From Hadesarchaea archaeon (lineage in GTDB: Archaea; Hadarchaeota; Hadarchaeia; Hadarchaeales; Hadarchaeaceae): a stretch of DNA of 64,000 nucleotides. The stretch lies in contig JAPDJH010000018.1 in assembly GCA_029259175.1 (NCBI GenBank), positions 1 through 64,000 of the forward strand, in the 5' to 3' direction. Under the pieces are notes generated by a model. It saw only the letters and a list, made by a program, of their open reading frames with translations. It made no database searches and was not told the DNA's origin. How positions within the stretch are numbered: the stretch's first letter is position 1; each line of letters opens with the position of its first letter. This document shows positions 48,260 to 57,950 of the stretch, one piece after another. The translations under genes were made by a program, and so were the position numbers.

Positions 48260-49576
48260 TCAGTACACCCCCAGCACCTTCAACACGTCTGCACGCAGTC
48301 CGCACATGTTTAAGAAAATGGGGAAGAAGAACCCGATTATCATGTTGAGCCTTCGGGTCCGGAAGAGTGGTGGTATGAGACCGAGTCCCGTGCAGATGGT
48401 CATCAAGATGAGCCCCTCGATGCCCGCAAAACCATAAACGAGCGCGATTATGCAGACCAGAACGCCCAGCGAAACCTTGGTATAACTGAAGCCCGAGATT
48501 ATCCTAGCTATGAACCTCGATATCAAATACATCAGCACGAATGCCGCTACCGCCGAGACAGCAATAGCAGAGACGAGAAGCCAGAAATCGCTCTCTGCTC
48601 GCGGCTGGTAGACAACGCTGGTTATCCACGCCATTCCGCCGCGCGTCAAGTGAAGCAGTGGTACCCAGAACAGGAAGAACGCCCCCACGTAGTATGCAAA
48701 CCTGCCCGCTGCTCCCGAGACCATGAACTGGATATCTCCCTGAGTGCCTGTCGAGTGACCAGCTAGAACTCCTCCCACACCCGCTGTGACAATCGGCTCA
48801 AATGCCGCAAACATTCCACCCAAGAAGCCGGCGGATGTGCCACGGAGCAAGTCCATTTTTCTGACATACATGTCCTTCCCGATATGTTGCTTCGGGATGG
48901 TAGCTCTCGATACCAGATTGGTGAGAACCCATGGAACGGCGAAGAATCCTACAAACACTGGCATGATGTTCTGAAACGCCCGGTCTGCTGGGGTGACGGG
49001 AGTATTGAGCACTATGAATCCCAGCAACATGGAGAGGATAAATGTGAGCCAACCGGCACTCAAACTGGCCCACCCGTCCTTCAAGCGACCCAACCTAGTT
49101 TTTGCACGACTGCCCCAGTCCTTCGGCCACTCCGATTGCAACAGATAAGCGGCAACGCCGATGAGGATCCAACCCATGTGTGGGGTTGTGATCTTGCGGA
49201 AGATTGGGAAAAGAGTGGGAGAGATGGGTGCAATTAGTATCAACAGGAGCGCGGCACCAAGAGCGCCCACGCCCGTTATGACCGAGGCCTCGTGGCCGCG
49301 ACCGTAAACGAGAAACTTCTGGTTCGGGAACGCCATGTACATGGTGCTGTCGTCCGGTGAGCCCATGTAGGTGGTGGTTATGGTTCCGATTACGGCGTAC
49401 GCCACCAGCATTCCGGCGAAGAGCAACGCGAGACCGAGCGGATCCATCGGGAACGTCAAGTAGACGAACACGCCAATCCCAGCAAAGTTCAGCGGGTGAA
49501 GTCCTGGCAGAATGGAAAGAACACCACCAAAGAGCACCCCAACCAGCGCGTATATCAGGTACACTACAGGCATCAT
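48260..49576 (-). CDS. TctA/DUF112-like (tripartite tricarboxylate transporter) permease
   Basis: ILPGLHP, YMGSPDD...P.Q.FLVYGRG; polytopic membrane protein. Confidence 0.78.
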   Translation of the reverse strand: MMPVVYLIYALVGVLFGGVLSILPGLHPLNFAGIGVFVYLTFPMDPLGLALLFAGMLVAYAVIGTITTTYMGSPDDSTMYMAFPNQKFLVYGRGHEASVITGVGALGAALLLILIAPISPTLFPIFRKITTPHMGWILIGVAAYLLQSEWPKDWGSRAKTRLGRLKDGWASLSAGWLTFILSMLLGFIVLNTPVTPADRAFQNIMPVFVGFFAVPWVLTNLVSRATIPKQHIGKDMYVRKMDLLRGTSAGFLGGMFAAFEPIVTAGVGGVLAGHSTGTQGDIQFMVSGAAGRFAYYVGAFFLFWVPLLHLTRGGMAWITSVVYQPRAESDFWLLVSAIAVSAVAAFVLMYLISRFIARIISGFSYTKVSLGVLVCIIALVYGFAGIEGLILMTICTGLGLIPPLFRTRRLNMIIGFFFPIFLNMCGLRADVLKVLGVY

Positions 49577-51021
49577 ATCACCTCGATATCACTCATTGTG
49601 CCCGGCTGGATCACTCTGGAACCAATATAGGACATGTCGACGACTTGACCCACGACTCGAACATTTTCTCCTTCGGTGGGTGGATCGGTCAACCGCTCAT
49701 AAATAAAGTTCGGCATGTAAATCTGGACATCGTTGCCGTGCGTGTCCTCTACTGTGAGAACACGATCCGGCGGAAGCGCTCCTTTATATCGTTCGGTTAT
49801 TGACACCACCCGCCCTGACAGAGAAACAAGGCGATCGGTCCACGAACTGTCTATTAGGGCGAAGTTCTCCACAGAATCCGGGCTCCACGTTCCGTTCTCG
49901 ATTAGCGGTGTTTGTGGGCCGACCCATGAAATCACGATAGACCCACCGTAACGTGCGACTTTACCGATGGCCTCCAGCTGTGCTCCGCGCTGAATCAACA
50001 GTCTGGTTTCACGGGGGAGCTGCTCAAACTTGTCTTCGCTTATCACCAGCTTGGGGTATTGCTCGTTATCGAGCCACAAGAACCTGCTCGCGATTTCTAG
50101 ATCTGTACCGGTACCCTCCAGCTCAACGAACAAAATCTTTCCGCTGACTCGAACGTAGTTGTCCAGCAAGTTCTCGTTTATCTCGCTCAGAGCCACCGAC
50201 GGAACATTCTCGTGAGAGAGAACTTCGATCTCGTCGAAACGGGCAATCGCAAGCTGTGGTTGCCCACTATACTCCGAAAGACCCGCCTCGATTCTTACCC
50301 GATCCAGCACTTGGAGATCCAAAGAACGCTTTTCTAAGTATGATCCAAGCCCATTGTGGACATACACTTGGATTTCTTGATCATCATCGCGCAGGTAGTA
50401 CACGTTGGCAGAACTCAAGGGGCGAATGTCCGTTATGGTTCCCTCCACGATCACTCGCCGGTAGAGAAGCGAATCCGGCGTATCCCATGTGCTAAGGATT
50501 TTAGATATAGTAGTAGACACAGGCTGTGCTTCAGTTATTTGTAGGTCTTCCGGGAAGGAAATACGTATCTCACGGTCCGTGCTGGATGGAACGCGAAGCT
50601 GACCGAAAATTACAACATGATCACCCACTCGCGGTATTCTGTTCTCTAGCAGAAGTTCTTCAAACGCTGGTGAATAGACTTCGGCGGTTATGGTCGCTTC
50701 ACTCGGATTTTCGGAACTCCCATCCCATACATCAAATGAGAAAGAGGTTGGACCATACCGCGGGCCGGAAACCACCGTGCCTTCGATCCACACGTACGAG
50801 TAATCTAGCCAGCTGTCAATGTTTGCTATTGGTGTGGGTGAGACCGCGGAGGTCGCCAGATGGAGATAGAAAAAGATTCCGCCCAAGACCAAGATTGACG
50901 CACAAAACGCCCAAACATAACGCATCGACACTTTGCTCCTAGGGTCTGCTCCACAGTGGGGGCACGGGACGAATCCACCCGTTGGCTTTCCACAACTGGG
51001 ACAGACCTGTTCTTCCGTCAT
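49573..51021 (-). CDS. Zn-ribbon + TM + about 4 OB-fold-like repeats
   Basis: CPSC...CPHC, one TM, repeated V.(I/V).G.V...D...I.VY...GD.V...G units. Confidence 0.72.
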   Translation of the reverse strand: MTEEQVCPSCGKPTGGFVPCPHCGADPRSKVSMRYVWAFCASILVLGGIFFYLHLATSAVSPTPIANIDSWLDYSYVWIEGTVVSGPRYGPTSFSFDVWDGSSENPSEATITAEVYSPAFEELLLENRIPRVGDHVVIFGQLRVPSSTDREIRISFPEDLQITEAQPVSTTISKILSTWDTPDSLLYRRVIVEGTITDIRPLSSANVYYLRDDDQEIQVYVHNGLGSYLEKRSLDLQVLDRVRIEAGLSEYSGQPQLAIARFDEIEVLSHENVPSVALSEINENLLDNYVRVSGKILFVELEGTGTDLEIASRFLWLDNEQYPKLVISEDKFEQLPRETRLLIQRGAQLEAIGKVARYGGSIVISWVGPQTPLIENGTWSPDSVENFALIDSSWTDRLVSLSGRVVSITERYKGALPPDRVLTVEDTHGNDVQIYMPNFIYERLTDPPTEGENVRVVGQVVDMSYIGSRVIQPGTMSDIEVI

Positions 51022-51923
51022 TCAAGCACCTCCAGATCATCCCAAGATGCCAGCCACAGCTGAGGCTTGGTATAGTAGAACTGGATGGCCCCTTTAACTC
51101 GCACCATATCTCCGATGTCAACCACATCGTCAAGCGTTCTCCCGAAGTAGGTGAGCAACTGGGGCACCATCACATCTATGGATTCACCGGTATCCATTTC
51201 GTAAACAACCATCCCCTTTGCCCATCCCAGATCGTAAACTGAAATGACCTTTCCCTCCACTTGGATGCGCTTATAAAGACCGAAGTTGTCAGGGTTGGAG
51301 ACCACGTCTAGGATTTTCACGGGTCTCGCTTCGGGGCGATCTATATCCAGCAAACCGTCCGCATACATTAGAATCATCATGCGAAACTGGCCAGCGCGTT
51401 CACCGGATGCTCGTACTCGCAGATTCCCGCGGAGTGTCACTAGGTCGCCGACAGCAGGAAACTTCGGATTAGGATCGCCAGCATCTAGTCTCTCCTTTTC
51501 GCGCTCCATGAGATCTAGAGTGGTGGCATCGTAAGCCCGAATAAAAATATCCGCGTTCTCGTTCTCTGGATCAACCAAAAACATTCCCAACGCACGCATG
51601 TCCTCATAATACTTCACGAAAGTCGCCTTCCCGGTAAGCACAGCCTGTCCCATGTTCATCGTGGGAGCGTTGTCGAGGTAAAGATCAGCAATCCGGATGT
51701 GGTAGGGCTCTCTCACTATGAAGTGAAAAGTTCGAAGATCCACGTAGAGGAAAAGCACTCCCACTATCGCTACGGTTAGGCCGCCCCACTTCAGGAGGCG
51801 GAAGGACAAGCGCTTCGGGACCTTTGCTCCGCAGTAAGGACACTTTTCAAAAGTGCCAACATAGCGCTTACACTTTGGACAAAATACTTCCTCCAGTCGG
51901 CCAACGGGTCTCATGATAGCCAA
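51018..51923 (-). CDS. Zn-ribbon + TM + about 2 OB-fold-like repeats
   Basis: CPKC...CPYC, one TM, PAVGDLVTLRG and IGDMVRVKGAIQFY..PQL. Confidence 0.72.
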   Translation of the reverse strand: MAIMRPVGRLEEVFCPKCKRYVGTFEKCPYCGAKVPKRLSFRLLKWGGLTVAIVGVLFLYVDLRTFHFIVREPYHIRIADLYLDNAPTMNMGQAVLTGKATFVKYYEDMRALGMFLVDPENENADIFIRAYDATTLDLMEREKERLDAGDPNPKFPAVGDLVTLRGNLRVRASGERAGQFRMMILMYADGLLDIDRPEARPVKILDVVSNPDNFGLYKRIQVEGKVISVYDLGWAKGMVVYEMDTGESIDVMVPQLLTYFGRTLDDVVDIGDMVRVKGAIQFYYTKPQLWLASWDDLEVLE

Positions 51924-51958
51924 CCCAACTGAATGGTGAAGTTTTAATAAGTTAACGT

Positions 51959-52630
51959 TTAGAGTTCGCGCGTTTCTCCCGGCTCCAGCACCAGCACTCT
52001 GTTTTCCAAGCCCTTTTTGCGCATTTCTTCGACAAAACGATCGGCACTGGGTTCAAGAACGGGGAATGTTTTGTAGTGCATAGGGATCACCTTGCGCGGA
52101 TTGATGAGCTCTGCGGCCATTGCAGCTTCAACCGGACCCATCGTATAATAGCCGCCAATCGGCAAGCAAGCGACCGCCGGCCGGTAGAGATCTCCGATCA
52201 ATTTCATGTCTCTGAAGAGGCCTGTGTCGCCGGCGTGATATATTTTGAAATCCGGAAGTCCGACAACAAAACCTGCGGGAAATCCGCGTTCGGCCGAATG
52301 GAAGGCCTGCACCATCGTCACGTCTATGCCACGGATGTTCACTGTGCCTCCGATGTTCATGCCCACGGCCTCCTTTACCCCTTGGCTCTCGGCAAACACT
52401 CCTACTTCATATATGCCCACAAAAGCGGCCCCCGTGCGTTTGCAGATCTCTATGGCGTCGCCCAAGTGATCATGGTGGTCGTGCGTCACGCACACAACAT
52501 CTGCCTTGGTGATGTCGTCTGCACGAATGGGTGCTCGCGGATTGCCTGTAAGAAATGGGTCAATGAGAACCACTTTTCCGTCAAAATCGAATTCAAAGGC
52601 GGCGTGGCCAAACCACCTGACTCTTACCAT
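51959..52630 (-). CDS. UPF0173 metallo-beta-lactamase-fold hydrolase
   Basis: WFGHA, IDPF, THDHHDHLGD, YHAGDT, PMHY. Confidence 0.92.
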   Translation of the reverse strand: MVRVRWFGHAAFEFDFDGKVVLIDPFLTGNPRAPIRADDITKADVVCVTHDHHDHLGDAIEICKRTGAAFVGIYEVGVFAESQGVKEAVGMNIGGTVNIRGIDVTMVQAFHSAERGFPAGFVVGLPDFKIYHAGDTGLFRDMKLIGDLYRPAVACLPIGGYYTMGPVEAAMAAELINPRKVIPMHYKTFPVLEPSADRFVEEMRKKGLENRVLVLEPGETREL

Positions 52631-52676
52631 TTACACACCCTTTCTTTTTAAGCACCGGCTGTTTTAAAACCACAGA

Positions 52677-53252
52677 GTGATTACTGGTGCGGTGGTCGTG
52701 CGAATCATAGGGGTTGATCTTGCTGGGGTCTCCACGAGACCTACAGGCCTGGCCATGCTTTACCAGAACACCATAGAGACAAACGTGTTTCACACGGATT
52801 TCGAGATTTTGGAATTCTGTACTATGGTGAGACCACAGATAGTGGCCATTGACGCTCCTCTGAGCAAGCCCAGCGAAAAAGGGCTCCGAGAGTGTGATCG
52901 GATACTCATCCGCCGGGGTCTGCGGGTGTTTCCACCATTTTTCGGAGGCATGAGAAAGTTAACAGAGCGGGGTATTCGGTTGGCGCGGGTGTTGAAAAGG
53001 AAAAATATTGAGGTCATCGAAGTTCACCCGAAAACATCTGGAATACTCCTGTTCAATTCCAAAAACCGAGATGTGTGGGTAAAGCAGATAACTCGACTTG
53101 GATTCAAGATTGAGAAAAAAATGACGGTGCACGAAGTGGATGCCGTGCTGGCGGCTCTGACCGGATGGCTGTACGTTCGGGGCAAAACTGAATCTGTCGG
53201 CAAAAAAGCGAAAATCATCGTTCCGCTGCGAGGTGCTCTCGAAAAGATTTAA
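52677..53252 (+). CDS. DUF429 RNase H-like predicted nuclease
   Basis: IIGVDLAG, VAIDAPL, RECD, IEVHP, HEVDAVLAA. Confidence 0.85.
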   Translation: MITGAVVVRIIGVDLAGVSTRPTGLAMLYQNTIETNVFHTDFEILEFCTMVRPQIVAIDAPLSKPSEKGLRECDRILIRRGLRVFPPFFGGMRKLTERGIRLARVLKRKNIEVIEVHPKTSGILLFNSKNRDVWVKQITRLGFKIEKKMTVHEVDAVLAALTGWLYVRGKTESVGKKAKIIVPLRGALEKI

Positions 53253-54111
53253 CGGTCAGAGAAAGACTGGCAAGGCCCACTCCCATCAGATCCGAAATTC
53301 TTTGCATAGTGATGTCTTCTCTATTTTTCCCAGCCAAATAGAGAACCGCTGCAGCAGCAAGCCTAGGTGATTTGTGCTTGAGGCGCGGTGCAAGCTGTGA
53401 ACAAATTTTGTTCGCTCGCTCTCGTTCAAGACGAGAGAAACGAAAAACGGCGGAAAACTTCGCGATATAATCGGCGCATGACATACGGTGTGGTGTGATC
53501 CCCAGCTTTCGACTGAAAAGCTTCACGGTCTTTCGCAGGACCTTGACGGTGCGCCGAGGTTTTAAGCCATAGCGACTATCCAACGCTCTGAGGATCTCCT
53601 TTTCAGTGCGTGGGAGACCGCGGTTCCGGGCTACAAGAAAAACCAGCGCTGCAAGGACTATGCGAGAGTCTCTTCCTACTGTCAAGCCGGTGGCACGCGT
53701 TTTTCTGTAGAGAACGCATACCTCCGCCCGAATGTTCTTAGAAATCATAAGATCTCTGCAAAACGCCTCGATCATCAACATTTGCTCACGAAGACTGCGA
53801 TCTGACCAGTCGGAAGCGCGAGAACGCCTGTGAAGAAAATGCATTCTCCGGAGTTTTGCTCGTTGAGAGGGTGTGAGACCTCGCGAAACTTCAAAATGAC
53901 TTCCGATGCCCAAATCGTGCGTGGTGTAATCGACTCCGGAGCCGAGATCCGCCCGCCCGCTGCTTTCGCTTGGTTTGGCCCGGCGTTCCGGTCCGTATTC
54001 CATCGCTTTGTCCACAATCACTAGACCACACCGAGTGCAAACAACTTCTCCTCTGTGGATGTCGTAAAAAGCGGAGGGTGTGCGACAATGTGGACAAAGC
54101 ATTGCCCTCAC
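53215..54111 (-). CDS. Divergent transcription factor B (TFB) paralog
   Basis: CPHC...GEVVCTRCGLV..D...GPE Zn ribbon; cyclin-like repeats (GRD...AA.V). Confidence 0.78.
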   Translation of the reverse strand: MRAMLCPHCRTPSAFYDIHRGEVVCTRCGLVIVDKAMEYGPERRAKPSESSGRADLGSGVDYTTHDLGIGSHFEVSRGLTPSQRAKLRRMHFLHRRSRASDWSDRSLREQMLMIEAFCRDLMISKNIRAEVCVLYRKTRATGLTVGRDSRIVLAALVFLVARNRGLPRTEKEILRALDSRYGLKPRRTVKVLRKTVKLFSRKLGITPHRMSCADYIAKFSAVFRFSRLERERANKICSQLAPRLKHKSPRLAAAAVLYLAGKNREDITMQRISDLMGVGLASLSLTVKSFREHLAAER

Positions 54112-55236
54112 TCAGGGGGTGGGGAGCTTCAAAACACTTCGCACCTCATCGTTGGTGAGCAGTCTCTCAAGCGCCCGATGGGGAGTGCGACAAACGAATA
54201 AATCAGCGAAGGCCCTACCAAGCGAGTGTCTCTGTAGAACCGAGAGAAATGCGTCGAGTTCCGGATCTCTAAGTGAAACCAAAGCACCATAAAGAGCAAA
54301 ATATTTGCGTAGCTCCATCCCACACTGCTGATCACACGTGGTCGGATAGTAAGACAACGCGTGTGGTGTTGAAATGCTTTCGGCCGCCAGTTTGCCTGCG
54401 ATTTCTCCCGAAATCATCGAATAGCGAAGTGAACCAAACGCTAGTGGGGCAAACCATCCGGCTGCCGAACCAACAGCTCCCAACTTTTCCCTGACCAGCT
54501 CAGATACTGGACCGGAAGAAGGATGTAAGCTTCTCCGAGCTGCAATTGGAACCGGGGGCTTTTGCTGAAAAATGCTTCCACACAGTTCGTCCAAAGCAAT
54601 ATCCATTTGTGGTCTCTCTCCTCTGACCCCTACAGAAACCAGCGCCTGAAAAGCGGGAACGGCCCATCCGAAGCCGCCAGGCAAGTGATAAGAAGAAAAA
54701 AATACTCGTGGTTGCTGGATCTCGGTGCTTGGAATTAAATAACAGTTATCCACTAGTGGCTCTGAACTCGAGGCACCAGACAATAAAGGAGCAGACCAGG
54801 GAGGAAAACCGGAGGCGTCCAAAACGACATTTGCTCGAACATCTTCCTTCCAACTAGGCCCCTGAACTGTCAACTTGGTAATTCTGCTAGAACTAGTTCT
54901 CGGCGTTTGAACTGGGGAACTGATCCAAATCTCGGCGCCCGCGTCGATTGCCTCAGATGCCATTTTTCTCAGAAATTCTGATGAATCCACTATAGCGAAT
55001 CTTGAACACTTAGCTTCCACTTGGGTATTCCGAGAGCTGAAAAGGATCCGATCCGCATAAACGCGGTTTGCTGTTCCTTTTGGTGGATGTGAAAGGACCA
55101 TCGGGAATGATGCATGTGGCCCTATAGAGGCCCTCATTTCCAGCACTAGAGTTTTTGCGCCCTCTTCGGCAGCTGTTTTTGCGGCTCTCAGTCCGCTTGG
55201 CCCTCCACCGATTATAACGACTTCGAAAGTCGGCAT
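54112..55236 (-). CDS. Divergent geranylgeranyl-reductase-like flavoprotein
   Basis: VVIIGGGPSG, DASG, PGGFGWAVP, VGSAAG. Confidence 0.7.
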   Translation of the reverse strand: MPTFEVVIIGGGPSGLRAAKTAAEEGAKTLVLEMRASIGPHASFPMVLSHPPKGTANRVYADRILFSSRNTQVEAKCSRFAIVDSSEFLRKMASEAIDAGAEIWISSPVQTPRTSSSRITKLTVQGPSWKEDVRANVVLDASGFPPWSAPLLSGASSSEPLVDNCYLIPSTEIQQPRVFFSSYHLPGGFGWAVPAFQALVSVGVRGERPQMDIALDELCGSIFQQKPPVPIAARRSLHPSSGPVSELVREKLGAVGSAAGWFAPLAFGSLRYSMISGEIAGKLAAESISTPHALSYYPTTCDQQCGMELRKYFALYGALVSLRDPELDAFLSVLQRHSLGRAFADLFVCRTPHRALERLLTNDEVRSVLKLPTP

Positions 55237-55312
55237 GCGCGCCCCTTTTCATTTACCCGGACTCTATTTAAAAAGAGAAAAATACTATGAATGCCCAGTG
55301 CTGGTGGAGTCG

Positions 55313-56017
55313 ATGCACATCATTTCATTTGCTTCGGGAAAAGGAGGGGTGGGGAGAACCACTCTGGTGGCCAATCTGGGAGTAGCATTAGCCAAATTGG
55401 GAAAAAGAACGCTGTTGCTTGATGGGTGTTTCGAAACTCCCGATCTCGCGCTTCACTTTAAGCTTGAAAAAGCGTTCTACACCTTAAACGACGTGTTGGC
55501 CGGAGACACTTCGCTGTCCAACGTCGTCCAAGTAGGTCCAGAAAAAGTGGAAATAGCACCCGCCGCACTCACCCTTGAACAAATAAAGAAAACAAAACCC
55601 GAGCGTTTGTCAGAAGTCGTCAAAGAAATAGACAAAAAATTCCAGTATGTGCTCATCGATACGCCGGGAGGGCTAAGGAGAGACACGGTGGCAGCGCTTC
55701 GTGCATCATCTGAGACCATTCTCGTCACCACCCCTGACATGGTGGCGGTCTCGGATTGTATGAAAACGAAGCTGATAGTTGAGTTTCTGGGGATTCGCCT
55801 CAAGGGGTTCATAGTTAACCGTGTCGGCAATGAAGAATTCGAACTCAAGACAAAGGAGATTCAGGAAATTCTCAATCTGCCTTTGCTCGGAGTGGTGCCC
55901 GAAGACGATAGCATGTCCGAGGCGATCAGAAAGGGGATACCAATCGTGGTGTATAAGCCAAGCGCCCCCGCTGCTCAGGCTATATTCAAAATCGCCAAAA
56001 AGATCGGGAAGAGTTGA
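55313..56017 (+). CDS. minD: MinD/ParA-family ATPase
   Basis: ASGKGGVGRTT, LIDTPGG, LVTTPD, VNRV. Confidence 0.85.
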   Translation: MHIISFASGKGGVGRTTLVANLGVALAKLGKRTLLLDGCFETPDLALHFKLEKAFYTLNDVLAGDTSLSNVVQVGPEKVEIAPAALTLEQIKKTKPERLSEVVKEIDKKFQYVLIDTPGGLRRDTVAALRASSETILVTTPDMVAVSDCMKTKLIVEFLGIRLKGFIVNRVGNEEFELKTKEIQEILNLPLLGVVPEDDSMSEAIRKGIPIVVYKPSAPAAQAIFKIAKKIGKS

Positions 56018-56019
56018 AC

Positions 56020-57075
56020 TCAGGACTCTGGTTGTGGTGGTGGAGGCGCCGGCGGGGACGGGGGTTTCTCCGGTTCTGGCTGTGGCTGAGGAGCAGGCTG
56101 AGGCGCTGGTTGGGGCTCCGGGGCTGGTTGGGGTTGAGGAGCGGGCTGGGGAGAAGGTGTCGGTGGTGAAGGAGCTGGCGGTGCGGTGGGCGGAGCTGGA
56201 GTTGGTGGAAGTTCTGGTGCCCCCTCCAACGGCATTTCTTTTTTCTTTCGCGTAAGGACGACCACAGCAGCGACTATCACTATTACTGCTCCTACGCCAA
56301 TCATCCAGAGAGGAACGCCGCCGGGGGCAGACAGACCAATAACTATCGGGTTGGATACCACAATGGTTCCAGTTGATGGACCATCAGCACTGACTATTAA
56401 ATTTACATCTTGACGATAATTCAAACGCCATTCGCCCGTGCTTGACTGGTCAATATATCCTCCGCTGCCCACGTCCTCCCCGTCAGCTGTTTTTAACCAG
56501 TAGCGGTCATATTGATCTTTCTGGTATGAGTACTCATATGTGGTGCCTGCGATTTTGAATTTGACCTTGTTTCCGGTAAATTCGGGAGAAAGATTTCGAA
56601 AGATCAAACGCACGCGCAAAGTTACCGTCTTCGGATTCCCATTATCTAGAATTTCATCCATATAATATCCAGCACTCTTGGCCTCATTTTCTGAAAGCTC
56701 CGGTGGATACGCTGGGCCTTCGGAACCTCGTGGATAATTCACGAGCTGAATCGGGATCGAAAAGGTTTTCTCATCCGGTTTGGACCACTGCTGATTCCTT
56801 ATTCGGTGTTCATAAGTTCCGGAATAAATCCAGTCCCCGTCTGATGACCACCAATTCCCAGTCGTATAATAGCTACTCCCGCTGTACACGTATGCTCTGA
56901 TCTCCCAATCACTCGAAAGTGTCATTCCGGAGGGCTTCTGCACCGTTACCTCCACGTTGTAAACCCCCCCGGGAGCTACTGTGGTTGTGCTCTCTTGGGC
57001 AAGAACCGGAGAAGAAAGTACCGTGGAAAATGCGAGACAAAGAAGTGCACCGATAAGCCACATACGCAAGCTCAT
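56020..57075 (-). CDS. Single-pass cell-surface protein with a Pro/Gln-rich C-terminal tail
   Basis: Signal peptide, beta-rich ectodomain, TM, RKKKE, then PQPAP repeats. Confidence 0.8.
   Translation of the reverse strand: MSLRMWLIGALLCLAFSTVLSSPVLAQESTTTVAPGGVYNVEVTVQKPSGMTLSSDWEIRAYVYSGSSYYTTGNWWSSDGDWIYSGTYEHRIRNQQWSKPDEKTFSIPIQLVNYPRGSEGPAYPPELSENEAKSAGYYMDEILDNGNPKTVTLRVRLIFRNLSPEFTGNKVKFKIAGTTYEYSYQKDQYDRYWLKTADGEDVGSGGYIDQSSTGEWRLNYRQDVNLIVSADGPSTGTIVVSNPIVIGLSAPGGVPLWMIGVGAVIVIVAAVVVLTRKKKEMPLEGAPELPPTPAPPTAPPAPSPPTPSPQPAPQPQPAPEPQPAPQPAPQPQPEPEKPPSPPAPPPPQPES
56023..56225 (-). repeat. Low-complexity coding repeat (Pro/Gln/Ala/Glu)
   Basis: PQPAPQPQPAPEPQPAPQPAPQPQPEP. Confidence 0.8.
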
Positions 57076-57109
57076 CGTAAAGGGATAAATGGTACATCCA
57101 TTTAAATGT

Positions 57110-57928
57110 TTAGTATTCGGGTACTGGCAATTCTTCCGTCTTTCTTCTGAGTGCCATGTAAAGCCCTATGCCCACGGGGATTATAATTACTATCACGCTA
57201 CCCACCAATCGAACCTCGTCGGGCAACGTGAGGGTTGGCTCCGGTGCTGCCGTGGACTGGAGGGTAAGATTAAGGGACTGGGAAATGGTGAAGGTGGCAG
57301 TGGTCGGAGCGTCCTCAGTAACGTAGGCTGAGAGATCCAAGTCTACCATGAGACGCCATTCTCCAGTGGTACTCCGGTCAATCATTCCTTCAAAACCCTG
57401 ACCGCTAATGTGATATCTGCCATAGTCGTCGCGGGTGTAAGAATATTGGAATGGGTAGCCTCCTATCTGGAAGGTCACCAAACCGGATTCGGCTTCGGGA
57501 TCGGGAAACTCTGGCTGGACATCGTGCACTATCAATCGAATCCTAAAAGAAACGTTGGTGTTGAGCGGGATATCGCCCATGCCGTGTTGTTTATCGATCT
57601 CGGGTCGAGGCCTCGGGACTATCTGAACACCAACGTTCACGGTTCTGGTCTCGGTTGAATCTGTCCAATCGTCGCCTCTGTAGCGATGCTGCCACCACCC
57701 ACTATATCCGAAATCGGTCCAGTTGCCAGTGCAATAATTGGTTGTACCGTCATAGAAATACGCACGCACCTCCCAGTCCCCCTCTCTTAATCGGATGTAG
57801 GGGGTTTTCTTCACCGTGACCCTAATGGTGTAACTGCCCCCGGGAGCGATAATGTAAGTCGAAGCGGCAATAGATGGAACGGACAATAGAAGCAGTGCCA
57901 GAACGAACAGTGCCCAACACGGCCTCAT
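57110..57928 (-). CDS. Single-pass cell-surface protein, paralog of 56020-57075
   Basis: Shared APGG.Y...VTV.K, WE.RAY.Y.G...Y.TGNW and ID.S.TGEWRL motifs. Confidence 0.8.
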   Translation of the reverse strand: MRPCWALFVLALLLLSVPSIAASTYIIAPGGSYTIRVTVKKTPYIRLREGDWEVRAYFYDGTTNYCTGNWTDFGYSGWWQHRYRGDDWTDSTETRTVNVGVQIVPRPRPEIDKQHGMGDIPLNTNVSFRIRLIVHDVQPEFPDPEAESGLVTFQIGGYPFQYSYTRDDYGRYHISGQGFEGMIDRSTTGEWRLMVDLDLSAYVTEDAPTTATFTISQSLNLTLQSTAAPEPTLTLPDEVRLVGSVIVIIIPVGIGLYMALRRKTEELPVPEY

Positions 57929-57950
57929 TCTCTCCAACCCCAATCTGGTT

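Noticed and set aside
47152-48348. 398-aa plus-strand ORF
   Set aside because: Antisense shadow of the YdjM-like hydrolase, with no recognisable motifs.
56023-56225. Non-coding tandem repeat or G-rich regulatory array
   Set aside because: Fully explained by Pro-rich coding on the minus strand.
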